Below, one piece after another: positions 8,403 through 16,873 of a stretch of DNA of 34,655 nucleotides. The position numbers and the translations under genes were made by a program. Location of the stretch: positions 1-34,655 of the IMG/VR virus record IMGVR_UViG_3300007959_000008. One strand, written 5' to 3'. The notes beneath the pieces are model-generated. The model made no database searches and was not told the DNA's origin. It saw only the letters and a program-made list of their open reading frames with translations. Numbering within the stretch: the stretch's first letter is position 1; every line of letters begins with the position of its first letter. Origin of the DNA: a virus. Its lineage: Duplodnaviria > Caudoviricetes.

Positions 8403-9795
8403 GCCGCAATGGTTAGCATTCCTTTCGAGGGCAGATGAACTATTCTACGGCGGCGCTGCGGGTGGTGGAAAAACCGATCTTGTCATTGGCATGGCAACGG
8501 AATGCCACCAACATTCCGCAATCTTTCGCCGCGTATATCCCAACCTTCAAGGAATCATGCGCCGCAGCCGTGAGATTATCGGAACAAACGCACAGGAAAA
8601 CAAAGCCGATAAAATTTGGACGTTCCCAAACGGGCGGACGATTGAGTATGGCGCGGTTCAATTTGAGGAAAACAAATCGAATTGGCAGGGACGCGCCCAC
8701 GACCTCAAAGCGTTTGACGAACTGCCAGAGTTCACGGAATCACAGTATGAATTTATTAGCGGCTGGAACCGCACAACCGAATCTGGGCAGCGGGCAAGGA
8801 TTATTGCCACGGGCAACCCGCCCATCGACGAGGCTGGCGGATGGGTTATGCGGCGCTGGGGCGCGTGGCTGGACAAGAAGCACCCCCACCCCGCGCAGGC
8901 GGGAGAACTTCGCTGGTACGCAACGGTCGGCGGGAGAGAACAAGAATTCCCAGACGGCAACCCCGTTGATGTGGACGGCGAGATTATTTACCCCCGAAGC
9001 CGCACATTTATTCCGGCGCGTTTGGATGACAACGTTTACCTGTCAAGCGACCCGCGTTATCGCTCGGTTATTCAGTCTATGCCGGAACCGCTGCGCTCCA
9101 TGTTGCTATACGGCGATTTTAGCGCAAGTGCAGTACAAGACCCGTTCCAGGTTATCCCGACAGAATGGGTGCGACTCGCGCAACGCCGATGGTTGGAGCG
9201 CGAAAAGCCAAACGTTCCGCTTGTCGCTGTTGGGGTGGACGCGGCGCGGGGAGGCAAAGACAAGATGACCCTCGCACGGCGCTATGACAACTATTTTACG
9301 GAAGTCAAAAGCTGGCCGGGCGCAGTGGTGGTAGACGGTGCTACTGCGGCGACATTGATACACGCGGAACTTGGAAACGAGAACCCCGGCTATATCAACG
9401 TTGATGTTATCGGCGTCGGCTCGTCTACGTTTGACCACCTGAAGCCGATGTATGAGAAAGTATGCCCGATGAACGTTGCGGAGGGTTCAAACTACCGCGA
9501 CCGTTCGGGCAAGTTAAAAATGAGAAACAAGCGCGCAGAAATGCACTGGCGTATGCGCGACGCGCTCGACCCCGACAATGGCGATGATATTGCGCTTCCG
9601 AACGATCCGGAATTGTTGGCTGATCTATGCGCACCACGCTACAAGGTTACAACGTCGGGCGTATTGATTGAGGAAAAAGACGAAATTAAAGAACGCATCG
9701 GGCGAAGTCCCGACGTTGGCGAGGCGGTGATGATGTGTAACCAACCCGCCAGTCCGACTTCAACCGTAATTGACGATCCTTTCGCGGGGTGGTAA
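8299..9795 (+). CDS. terL: Terminase large subunit
   Basis: Walker A YGGAAGGGKT, Walker B AFDELPEF, ATGNP coupling motif, nuclease GVDAARGGKD and RSPDVGEA. Start codon uncertain. Confidence 0.95.
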   Translation: MKDLIGQYLHSLMPSEKAFLDRVRGRKALWVPQSKPQWLAFLSRADELFYGGAAGGGKTDLVIGMATECHQHSAIFRRVYPNLQGIMRRSREIIGTNAQENKADKIWTFPNGRTIEYGAVQFEENKSNWQGRAHDLKAFDELPEFTESQYEFISGWNRTTESGQRARIIATGNPPIDEAGGWVMRRWGAWLDKKHPHPAQAGELRWYATVGGREQEFPDGNPVDVDGEIIYPRSRTFIPARLDDNVYLSSDPRYRSVIQSMPEPLRSMLLYGDFSASAVQDPFQVIPTEWVRLAQRRWLEREKPNVPLVAVGVDAARGGKDKMTLARRYDNYFTEVKSWPGAVVVDGATAATLIHAELGNENPGYINVDVIGVGSSTFDHLKPMYEKVCPMNVAEGSNYRDRSGKLKMRNKRAEMHWRMRDALDPDNGDDIALPNDPELLADLCAPRYKVTTSGVLIEEKDEIKERIGRSPDVGEAVMMCNQPASPTSTVIDDPFAGW

Positions 9796-9797
9796 AC

Positions 9798-11174
9798 ATG
9801 GGATTTTTTGACGGGGTATACAACGCAATCGCAAACAAACTCGCTGACCGCCTGATTGGAGCCAGCGGGAAGACCATCGCCACCGCGCGCGATTATCGTG
9901 AGGGCTTTCATCGTCGGCAGTTGAAAGTCAAAGACAACCAGTTTGACGATAACATTGTCCTCAACTTCGCCGGGTTGATTGCCAACCGCGTGACCTCGCA
10001 GGTCATCGGCGGCGGCGTGACCCTGGACTTCGAGGGCGATGACGAAATCGAGGACGAGCGCGAAGCGTGGGTGAAGGCCTGCCTAAACGCCAACCATCAA
10101 GAGATTCTATTCCACCGCGCAGAGTTGGCCGCGACCGAGGCCGGCACGGGATACCTTGACCTTTCGGGCGGGTCGGTTTTCGGGAAGGACGGCAAGGCAT
10201 ACCCACGAATCACTTTACTTGACCCGGCGTTCGTCACGATTGAAACCATGCCCGAGGATTTCGAGATCGTGCTGCGCTACGTCATCCAGTACAAGATCAC
10301 GGGACCGGATGGGAAGGAACGCGCCCGTCGGCGCACGATTGAACACCTGGACGGCGGGTCATGGGAAATCATCGACTACCACAGCGACAGCGGCGACGGC
10401 GCACGTTGGATTGAGGACAGCCGCACGCCGTGGGCTTACGACTTCGCGCCGGTTGTTCACTGGCAAAACCTCCCCAGCGTTGACAGCGTTTACGGCGAAC
10501 CCGACATCGACGCCAACCTGATTCGCTTGCAAGATCGGGTCAACTTCGTCGCGTCTAACCTGAGTAAGATCATTCGCATCTACGCGCACCCCAAGATGTA
10601 CAGCGTCAACGCCGACTTTGAAAAGTTGGACGTTGGCGTCGATCAGATCATCAAGTTAGTCGGGCAAGACGCCGACCTGCGCCAACTTGAACAGCTTGGC
10701 GATTTATCCGGCTCGATGGAATACCTGCGCACTTTGCGACAAACCATGTTCGACAATGCGCGCGTGGTGGACATCGACAGTATGCAAGACAAGCTCGGGG
10801 CGTTGACGAACTTCGGGCTGAAAGTGCTGTACCAGGATAACCTGAACCTTGTCAAAACAAAGCGCGAGTTATTCGGCGACGCCATTGAGGATTTAGTTAT
10901 TCGCTTGCAAACCATCGCCGACAAGAAGCCATTGCCCGCCGTTTGCGTGTGGCCTGACTTCCTGCCGGTCAACGAAACCGAAATCAGCACAGCGTATCAG
11001 GCCGATTTGAACATGCAGATCGTGTCGCGGCAGACCATCGCCGACAAGCGCGGGTATGACTGGACGCAAGAACAGGAGCGCATGGACGCGGAGAAAGCCA
11101 GCGGCGACAACGTTGGCGCGGCTATTTTGAGGGCGTTTGAGAACGGAGGAGGACAGAATGTACGGAGTGATTAG
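9798..11174 (+). CDS. Portal protein, SPP1 gp6-like
   Basis: About 458 aa directly after TerL; PVVHWQN...YGEPDI...LQDRVN and WPDFLP motifs. Confidence 0.85.
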   Translation: MGFFDGVYNAIANKLADRLIGASGKTIATARDYREGFHRRQLKVKDNQFDDNIVLNFAGLIANRVTSQVIGGGVTLDFEGDDEIEDEREAWVKACLNANHQEILFHRAELAATEAGTGYLDLSGGSVFGKDGKAYPRITLLDPAFVTIETMPEDFEIVLRYVIQYKITGPDGKERARRRTIEHLDGGSWEIIDYHSDSGDGARWIEDSRTPWAYDFAPVVHWQNLPSVDSVYGEPDIDANLIRLQDRVNFVASNLSKIIRIYAHPKMYSVNADFEKLDVGVDQIIKLVGQDADLRQLEQLGDLSGSMEYLRTLRQTMFDNARVVDIDSMQDKLGALTNFGLKVLYQDNLNLVKTKRELFGDAIEDLVIRLQTIADKKPLPAVCVWPDFLPVNETEISTAYQADLNMQIVSRQTIADKRGYDWTQEQERMDAEKASGDNVGAAILRAFENGGGQNVRSD

Positions 11175-11352
11175 CAAGTTGTGCCGTTTGTTGATATGGA
11201 ATAACGACGGGAAGGCTATTTCAATATCAGACGCAACGATAGATCAAATTGATGTCAGATACACAGACGGATACACAAGAGTAATAATTGAGCTTCGAAC
11301 AACTGGAAAGGTTGAAACAAAGAGCGAACTAGAGAACCCGACCAATGCCTGA
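11158..11352 (+). CDS. Small AT-rich hypothetical protein inserted between portal and minor head genes
   Basis: GGAGGAGG RBS; overlaps both neighbours. Confidence 0.55.
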   Translation: MYGVISKLCRLLIWNNDGKAISISDATIDQIDVRYTDGYTRVIIELRTTGKVETKSELENPTNA

Positions 11353-12349
11353 TACCGTCATCGAACTCGCCGAACAATTCAAGCGCGCCCTGATTGCAAA
11401 GGACTTGCAAGCGGAACGGCGGCTCATCACCGCGTATCAAGGGCTATTCGCCCGCGTGCGCGACCTGGCCGACGCGCTTGTGCTTGAAATTGCGGCGAGC
11501 GAAGAAATGACGCCAGCGCAGGTACAGCGGATGCGGCGCTACGGCGAGTTGATGAAACGCATCGACGGCGAACTCTCCGACTATTCGGCGTACTCGAAAG
11601 TGGAAATGTCAACGGCGGCGCGGGAAGCCATCCGCATGGGCGAAGCGAACGCGCGGGCATTGGTGGCGATTGCGCTGGGTGATTCGCAGTTGGCGGCGCG
11701 TTTCAACGTGCTGAACACTGGCGCGATTGAACAACTGTTGGGCTTCCTCTCGCCCGACGGCGAATTGTACAAGCGGTTAGGCGGACTGCCGGGGTACACC
11801 GCTGACCAGGTGGCGCAGGCCATCATCGAAGGCGTGGGGCTGGGCAAGAATCCGAAAGTAATCGGGCGGGCGTTGACAGACGCCTTCGGGATGGGATTGA
11901 CCGACAGCCTGCGCATGATGCGCACGGTACAGATTTACGCCTACCGCGAAGCCAACCGCGCCAGTTACATTGCTAATGACGATGTAGTGGAAAGTTGGAT
12001 TTGGTACGCTGATTTACGTCAGGCTTGCCCCGCGTGCGTTGCAATGCACGGCACGGTACACCCGCTGAGCGAGAAACTAAACGATCACCATTGCGGTCAT
12101 TGCGCGATGCTGCCGCTAGTTATCGGCGCAAAGAACGACATCGAAAGCGGCGTGCTGTGGTTTGAGAAACAACCCGAAGCGTATCAACAGCAGGCGTTGG
12201 GTAAGACAAAGTTCGAGGCGTGGAAGGGCGGCGAGTTTCAATTCGGCGAGATCGTGACAGAACACAACGACGCGGTATACGGCAACATGAAGGCCACCGC
12301 CCCGCTGTGGCAGTTGTTGGGCGCAGAGCCGCCGGTGAGGACTAAATGA
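11345..12349 (+). CDS. Minor head morphogenesis protein, SPP1 gp7 / Mu gpF-like
   Basis: RMMRT, CPACVAMHG, HHCGHC motifs; position after portal. Confidence 0.85.
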   Translation: MPDTVIELAEQFKRALIAKDLQAERRLITAYQGLFARVRDLADALVLEIAASEEMTPAQVQRMRRYGELMKRIDGELSDYSAYSKVEMSTAAREAIRMGEANARALVAIALGDSQLAARFNVLNTGAIEQLLGFLSPDGELYKRLGGLPGYTADQVAQAIIEGVGLGKNPKVIGRALTDAFGMGLTDSLRMMRTVQIYAYREANRASYIANDDVVESWIWYADLRQACPACVAMHGTVHPLSEKLNDHHCGHCAMLPLVIGAKNDIESGVLWFEKQPEAYQQQALGKTKFEAWKGGEFQFGEIVTEHNDAVYGNMKATAPLWQLLGAEPPVRTK

Positions 12350-12597
12350 TCAAAGACGAAATCATCGTATGGCATCGAAGCGACGTAGAGTTTCGCCTAG
12401 ACGAATCTGCCGGGAAGGTCTATCTCGCATACGAAGCCGAACAGAACGGCGAGACGATTTTCTTCTGGATAAACATCGACCCGGACAACACCAAGGTGTT
12501 AGCGGCGCACGCCAAGTTTATTTTTGACGAGCGCAAGAAGCAAAGGGAACGCGTAAAACAGGCCGTCGATGGCAAGCGACCAGCGAGGACCAAATGA
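12346..12597 (+). CDS. Hypothetical protein
   Basis: GAGG RBS and ATGA coupling. Confidence 0.65.
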   Translation: MIKDEIIVWHRSDVEFRLDESAGKVYLAYEAEQNGETIFFWINIDPDNTKVLAAHAKFIFDERKKQRERVKQAVDGKRPARTK

Positions 12598-12803
12598 GCG
12601 ATAACCAGAAATCAAAAGACAATGCAACGGCGCTGGCTTTGTTGATCGTCACCGGGTATACCGGATACTGCGACAGTCTCGGGTTTCTGATTGAGGCCGA
12701 AGACCTGGGGCGTGTCAGGCGCGAAGTGTATGAACACCTGAAAAATGAATTTGACAGGGACGCGCTAAAACATGCGGTCAATGACGGCGAGCGCCCAGAA
12801 TGA
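12594..12803 (+). CDS. Hypothetical protein
   Basis: GAGG RBS and ATGA coupling. Confidence 0.55.
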   Translation: MSDNQKSKDNATALALLIVTGYTGYCDSLGFLIEAEDLGRVRREVYEHLKNEFDRDALKHAVNDGERPE

Positions 12804-12944
12804 CGCGACAATCATGCCGGTTCCGATCCCGGCGGCAAACGGGCAGAATTTAACCTCGCCGACATACTTTGGGTTTTTGCGAATGTACAGGTAGCCAATG
12901 CCAAAGGCAAGTACAAGGATTATTCCAGCCGTGTCCATCGTCAT
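12765..12944 (-). CDS. Small two-TM membrane protein (moron)
   Basis: Own GGAGGTG RBS and promoter; two hydrophobic segments. Confidence 0.7.
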   Translation of the reverse strand: MTMDTAGIILVLAFGIGYLYIRKNPKYVGEVKFCPFAAGIGTGMIVASFWALAVIDRMF

Positions 12945-12966
12945 AGTCACCTCCGTGAATACTGAC

Positions 12967-12995
12967 ATTGTACAGATGGATTGCGAGAATTACAA
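12967..12995 (-). promoter_or_regulatory. Sigma-70-type promoter of the moron
   Basis: TTGTAA-N17-TACAAT. Confidence 0.6.
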
Positions 12996-13003
12996 CGGTG
13001 AAA

Positions 13004-13123
13004 ATGAGTGAAAAAACTCACACCCTGCTGATGGGAATCAGGCAACTGCTAATCATGGCGTTGGGCTTGCTTGAGGATTACATGGACATGGAGCGAAGCA
13101 TCGTCCCGAAACATAAACGCTAA
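13004..13123 (+). CDS. 39-aa protein upstream of the scaffold leader, not in the ORF track (MSEKTHTLLMGIRQLL...PKHKR)
   Basis: Open frame from ATG 13004 to TAA 13121-13123; amphipathic helix and basic tail. Confidence 0.55.
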   Translation: MSEKTHTLLMGIRQLLIMALGLLEDYMDMERSIVPKHKR

Positions 13124-13147
13124 CACGAAATAGGCTACCGGGAAACC

Positions 13148-13208
13148 AGCGGCTAATTCACGAGCTACCGAGAGATCGGCGGTTCAGGAATTAGCCGCTT
13201 TTTTATTT
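13148..13208 (+). terminator. Intrinsic terminator overlapping an alternative hairpin
   Basis: AGCGGCTAATTC (13148-13159) and GAATTAGCCGCT (13188-13199) form a perfect 12-bp stem followed by a T run. Confidence 0.75.
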
Positions 13209-13224
13209 CACGCAATTCAGGAGA

Positions 13225-13455
13225 GGCGAGATGCCAGAAGAAATCAAGGCCGAGATGGCCACCCAAACAACTACCGAGACGGTGGTTGAACAACAGCCGA
13301 AGGCGAGCGAAACCGAGATGGTGACGCTTTCAAAGGCTGAGTACCAGAAGCAGCAGGACGCGCTCCGAGAAGCGAACAAGGAAGCCGCCGCCCGCCGCAA
13401 ACGCTTAGAGGAACTTGAAGCCGCCGAGGCCAAACGGAAAGAGGCCGAGATGACC
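13225..13455 (+). repeat. Array of C-GAGAY-G RNA hairpins at the scaffold gene start
   Basis: Copies at 13225, 13248, 13268, 13312 and a weaker one at 13443; stems differ but stay complementary. Confidence 0.75.
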
Positions 13456-13737
13456 GAATCCGAGAAGGCAACGAAACGCGCCCAAGAACTCGAAGCGAAG
13501 TTGAAAGCCTACGAGCTTGCGGAGTTACAACGCGCCGCCGCTGAAAAGGCGGGATTGCCCGCCCAGCTTGCAAAACGCTTGCAAGGCTCGACGGCTGAGG
13601 AGCTGGAGGCCGACGCGAAGGCGTTGGCTGAAACGCTCCCTAAACCGCAAAAACCAACCGTCCCCGGCACCAATCCAGGGGTAAACGGGTCAAACGGAGA
13701 ATCAGACGCTGAACGGCGCAAACGGCTGTTTGGCTAG
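13231..13737 (+). CDS. Capsid scaffolding protein
   Basis: Charged coiled coil (REANKEAAARR, EMTESEKA, RLQGSTAEELEADAKAL) directly before the capsid gene. Confidence 0.9.
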   Translation: MPEEIKAEMATQTTTETVVEQQPKASETEMVTLSKAEYQKQQDALREANKEAAARRKRLEELEAAEAKRKEAEMTESEKATKRAQELEAKLKAYELAELQRAAAEKAGLPAQLAKRLQGSTAEELEADAKALAETLPKPQKPTVPGTNPGVNGSNGESDAERRKRLFG

Positions 13738-13749
13738 GAGTAATCAACA

Positions 13750-14619
13750 ATGACCGCAAACAATTACTGGAGCGATGTTTCTAGCATCGCACAGAACATC
13801 CAGGAAGACGCGATTTTCATCGTGCGCGAAGCCGCGCTGATGCAAAACCTCGTCACCGTGTTCCGCGATTCCAGCGGAATGAACCCCCGCAAGGGCTACA
13901 AGTATAACAACGGAACGGCGAAAGACATTGGTGAAGCCGACGACCTGACCAGCGATGCTTTCACCCCTTCCGTTGACCAAACCCTGACCCCCTCGGAAAT
14001 CGGCGAGCAGTTCTTCATCACCGACGCCCGCATGGAGTCCGAGGTGCCTGAAGACATCCGCAACGACGCATCGGCTGAACTCGGTTTTGCCGCCGCAGAC
14101 AAGGTTGAAACCGACCTCATCGCTGAAATGGCGAACCTGACCGGCGGGTCTGTGGGCGCGTCTGGAACCGCCATCACCTGGGGTTACGTGGCCGCCGCTA
14201 TCGCGCTGGCCCGCAACGCCAACAAGAACGCCGCGAAGCCGTTGAGCTGTGTCATCCACGGTTATCAGTGGTCTGTGCTGGCAAAGGCCGCGTCCGTTGC
14301 CGGTGCTTCCGTTGTGAATGGCCCCGCTCTGCAAGATGCCACCAATGCCAACGGTGGATCAAGCGTGCTGGTGGCTCGCTTTATGGGCGTCCCGATTTAC
14401 CAGGTGTTCGGCGGCATTAGCGGCTCGGACTTCACCGGCGGCGTGTTCCCGCGTGAAGCCATCGCCATTGACTGGCGGCGTGCCATCCGCGTTGAAGGGC
14501 AGCGCGATGCTTCCCGGCGCGGTATCGAACTCAACATGAGCGGCATTTACGCACATGGCATTTGGCGGCCCGCTCGCGGCGTCAAGATGCTCTTCGATGC
14601 TACCGCTCCGTCAAGCTAA
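13750..14619 (+). CDS. Major capsid protein
   Basis: 289 aa after the scaffold; ELGFAAADKVETDL, CVIH, RFMGVPIY and RDASRR...YAHG patterns of HK97-fold coat proteins; strong AGGAG RBS. Confidence 0.85.
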   Translation: MTANNYWSDVSSIAQNIQEDAIFIVREAALMQNLVTVFRDSSGMNPRKGYKYNNGTAKDIGEADDLTSDAFTPSVDQTLTPSEIGEQFFITDARMESEVPEDIRNDASAELGFAAADKVETDLIAEMANLTGGSVGASGTAITWGYVAAAIALARNANKNAAKPLSCVIHGYQWSVLAKAASVAGASVVNGPALQDATNANGGSSVLVARFMGVPIYQVFGGISGSDFTGGVFPREAIAIDWRRAIRVEGQRDASRRGIELNMSGIYAHGIWRPARGVKMLFDATAPSS

Positions 14620-14632
14620 GGGAAGGTGAGAA

Positions 14633-14995
14633 ATGGCCGGAAACTTTGACATTCATGTAATTACCCTGCCGGTGGTGTTGACCGGCGCAACGGAAATTCC
14701 GATTGTGCATCTGCCCACGGGCGGCGGCGGCATCACTGTGCTGGACGCGAGCTTGTTCGCTATCGGTACTGCCGTTGGTGGCAAACTCGTGACCATGAGC
14801 AACGCCGGAACCCCGGCGACCAACGGCACTATCGGCGCGTTTGCCGGGACTGTCACCGGCTCCGCTACCGTTCCTGCGGCGTTGACCGTATCTGACGGTT
14901 ACGTCGCTGGCGGCGAATGGCTCGGATACGACCAGACCAGCGGGACGATCACTGCTGGCTCGTTCGTGTCCCTGTCCTACATCATGGGCAAGTAA
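14633..14995 (+). CDS. Putative capsid decoration/cement protein
   Basis: Small beta-rich Gly/Thr/Ala protein right after the capsid gene. Confidence 0.6.
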   Translation: MAGNFDIHVITLPVVLTGATEIPIVHLPTGGGGITVLDASLFAIGTAVGGKLVTMSNAGTPATNGTIGAFAGTVTGSATVPAALTVSDGYVAGGEWLGYDQTSGTITAGSFVSLSYIMGK

Positions 14996-15005
14996 CGATG
15001 ACAAA

Positions 15006-15092
15006 GCGCGTGGATAGGCTTCATGGGCTGACAAGCGGGGCATCCTCCCCCCGTTTCCACGCGCAAGTCGGAGGGTGTAAAGAGGAATACAC
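15006..15092 (+). promoter_or_regulatory. Candidate cis-regulatory RNA (pseudoknot plus RBS hairpin)
   Basis: 9-bp outer stem; inner hairpin whose 8-nt loop is complementary to 15070-15077; competing hairpin over the RBS. Confidence 0.65.
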
Positions 15093-15095
15093 ACG

Positions 15096-16247
15096 ATGAA
15101 GATCAACTGGTTTGGAAATAGTCCCTGGTCAAGTACCGGATACGGTGTGCAAACCCGCCTGTTCGTCCCGCGCATCGCAAAGCTAGGCCACGAGATGAGC
15201 ATCACCGCCTTCTACGGCTTGCAAGGCGGTAAAGTCAACTTCGGCGGCGTCCCTATCTACCCCGTCGTCAAGCATCCCTACGGGCAAGACGTGATGAACG
15301 CCCACGCCGTACACGCCGGGGCCGACGCGATTATCTCGCTGTTCGACATCTGGCCGATCACCGACGAATTGACCCTGCCGTGGTTCCCGTGGTTCCCTAT
15401 TGACCACGAACCCATCCCGCAAGGCGTCCTGCGCGTGGCGCACAAGGCCGCGAAGGGCATCACGATGTCGAAGTTCGGGCAGAAGCAGGCCGCCAACTCT
15501 GGGCTTGACACGTGGTACGTCCCGCACGGCGTGGAATGCGACGTGTTCAAACCGATCAACCGCATCGAAGCACGCAAGCGTATGAACCTGCCTGAGAACG
15601 CTTTCATCATCGGGATGGTTGCCGCCAACAAAGGCAACCCACCGCGTAAAGCCTTCTTCGAGCAGATCACCGCCTTCGCCGCGCTGAAACGCAAGCACGC
15701 CGACGCGCTTCTTTACCTTCACACCGATGATGGCTTGCACGGCGGCGAAGTCGTGAACATCCCGCAATTCTGCCAGCGGCTAGGGCTGCGGATCGGCGTT
15801 GACGTGCTGTTTGTCGATCAATACAGCTACGCGCTCGGATTACCGGATGCCTACATGGTTGACCTGTACAACTCGCTGGACGTGTTGAGCCTTGTCAGTT
15901 TAGGGGAGGGTTTCGGCATCCCGCTAATTGAAGCGCAGGCGTGCGGCTGCCCGGTTATCACCGGCGACTGGACGGCCATGGGCGAGTTATGTTTCAGCGG
16001 GTGGAAGGTCAGCAAGGCAGAGGCCGCGCCGATCTATCACGATTACTTTGATGCTTTCCAGTACGTCCCGAACGTGGGCGCGATTGCGGAGCGCATGGAA
16101 GCGGCTTATGAGGTGCGCGGAAACCAGGATTATCGCAGTCGCGCGCGGGATGGGGCGCTGTACTACGACGCCGACAAGGTTTTGGAGCGTAATTGGAAGC
16201 CTGTTTTGGCGGGCACGCAAGAGATGATCGAGGCGGTGAAAGCATGA
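15096..16247 (+). CDS. Glycosyltransferase, GT-B fold, GT4 family
   Basis: TGYGVQ, VPHGV, EGFGIPLIEAQACGCPVI (EX7E motif). Confidence 0.95.
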   Translation: MKINWFGNSPWSSTGYGVQTRLFVPRIAKLGHEMSITAFYGLQGGKVNFGGVPIYPVVKHPYGQDVMNAHAVHAGADAIISLFDIWPITDELTLPWFPWFPIDHEPIPQGVLRVAHKAAKGITMSKFGQKQAANSGLDTWYVPHGVECDVFKPINRIEARKRMNLPENAFIIGMVAANKGNPPRKAFFEQITAFAALKRKHADALLYLHTDDGLHGGEVVNIPQFCQRLGLRIGVDVLFVDQYSYALGLPDAYMVDLYNSLDVLSLVSLGEGFGIPLIEAQACGCPVITGDWTAMGELCFSGWKVSKAEAAPIYHDYFDAFQYVPNVGAIAERMEAAYEVRGNQDYRSRARDGALYYDADKVLERNWKPVLAGTQEMIEAVKA

Positions 16248-16873
16248 GCCTGTCCATCATCACCCCGTGGCACAACTACCCCGAACTGATACCCGCCTAC
16301 GAAACGGCGGTGCGCGGCGCGGAAGTCATCATCATCGACAACGCCAGCGACGCAGATTGCGCCGAAGCCTTGCGAGCGATGGTTGAGCGGCTCGGCGGCG
16401 TGTACATTCGCAACGACAAAAACGATGGCTTCGCGCGCGCCAATAATCAAGGGCTGATGAAAGCGACCGGCGACGTGGTGGTATTCCTCAACAGCGACGT
16501 TGAGGCGACCGGCGACTGGCAAACAATCGCGGCGAACGCCAAGCGCGGCAATCTTTACGGACCCACGATGAACACGCAATACGTGGACGGCATCCCGGTC
16601 ATGTATTTAGAGGGGTGGTGCCTGATTGCGCACCGCGACGAACTCGAAGCAATCGGCGGGTGGAATGACCTCGAATTTCCCGGCCTGTACTGGGAAGACA
16701 ACGAACTTTGCTGGCGGGCGCACATGAACGGCATCGGGCTGAAGCAGGTCTGGTTGCCACTGCGCCACCTGTCGAACTACACAACCTCGCGCACGCCGGG
16801 GGCATACGACGCGAGCGAACGCAACCGCGCGATTTACGAGGCGATTGTCAGGGAGGGCAGAGATGCACTTTGA
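16244..16873 (+). CDS. Glycosyltransferase, GT2 family
   Basis: SIITPWHN, IIIDNAS, GFARANNQG, FLNSD, WEDNELCWR. Confidence 0.92.
   Translation: MSLSIITPWHNYPELIPAYETAVRGAEVIIIDNASDADCAEALRAMVERLGGVYIRNDKNDGFARANNQGLMKATGDVVVFLNSDVEATGDWQTIAANAKRGNLYGPTMNTQYVDGIPVMYLEGWCLIAHRDELEAIGGWNDLEFPGLYWEDNELCWRAHMNGIGLKQVWLPLRHLSNYTTSRTPGAYDASERNRAIYEAIVREGRDAL

Noticed and set aside
14917-15099. 60-aa ORF or stop-codon readthrough linking the decoration gene to GT4
   Set aside because: No RBS or protein-like features. The decoration gene ends TAA-CGA-TGA with two in-frame stops. The RNA structure explains the interval better.
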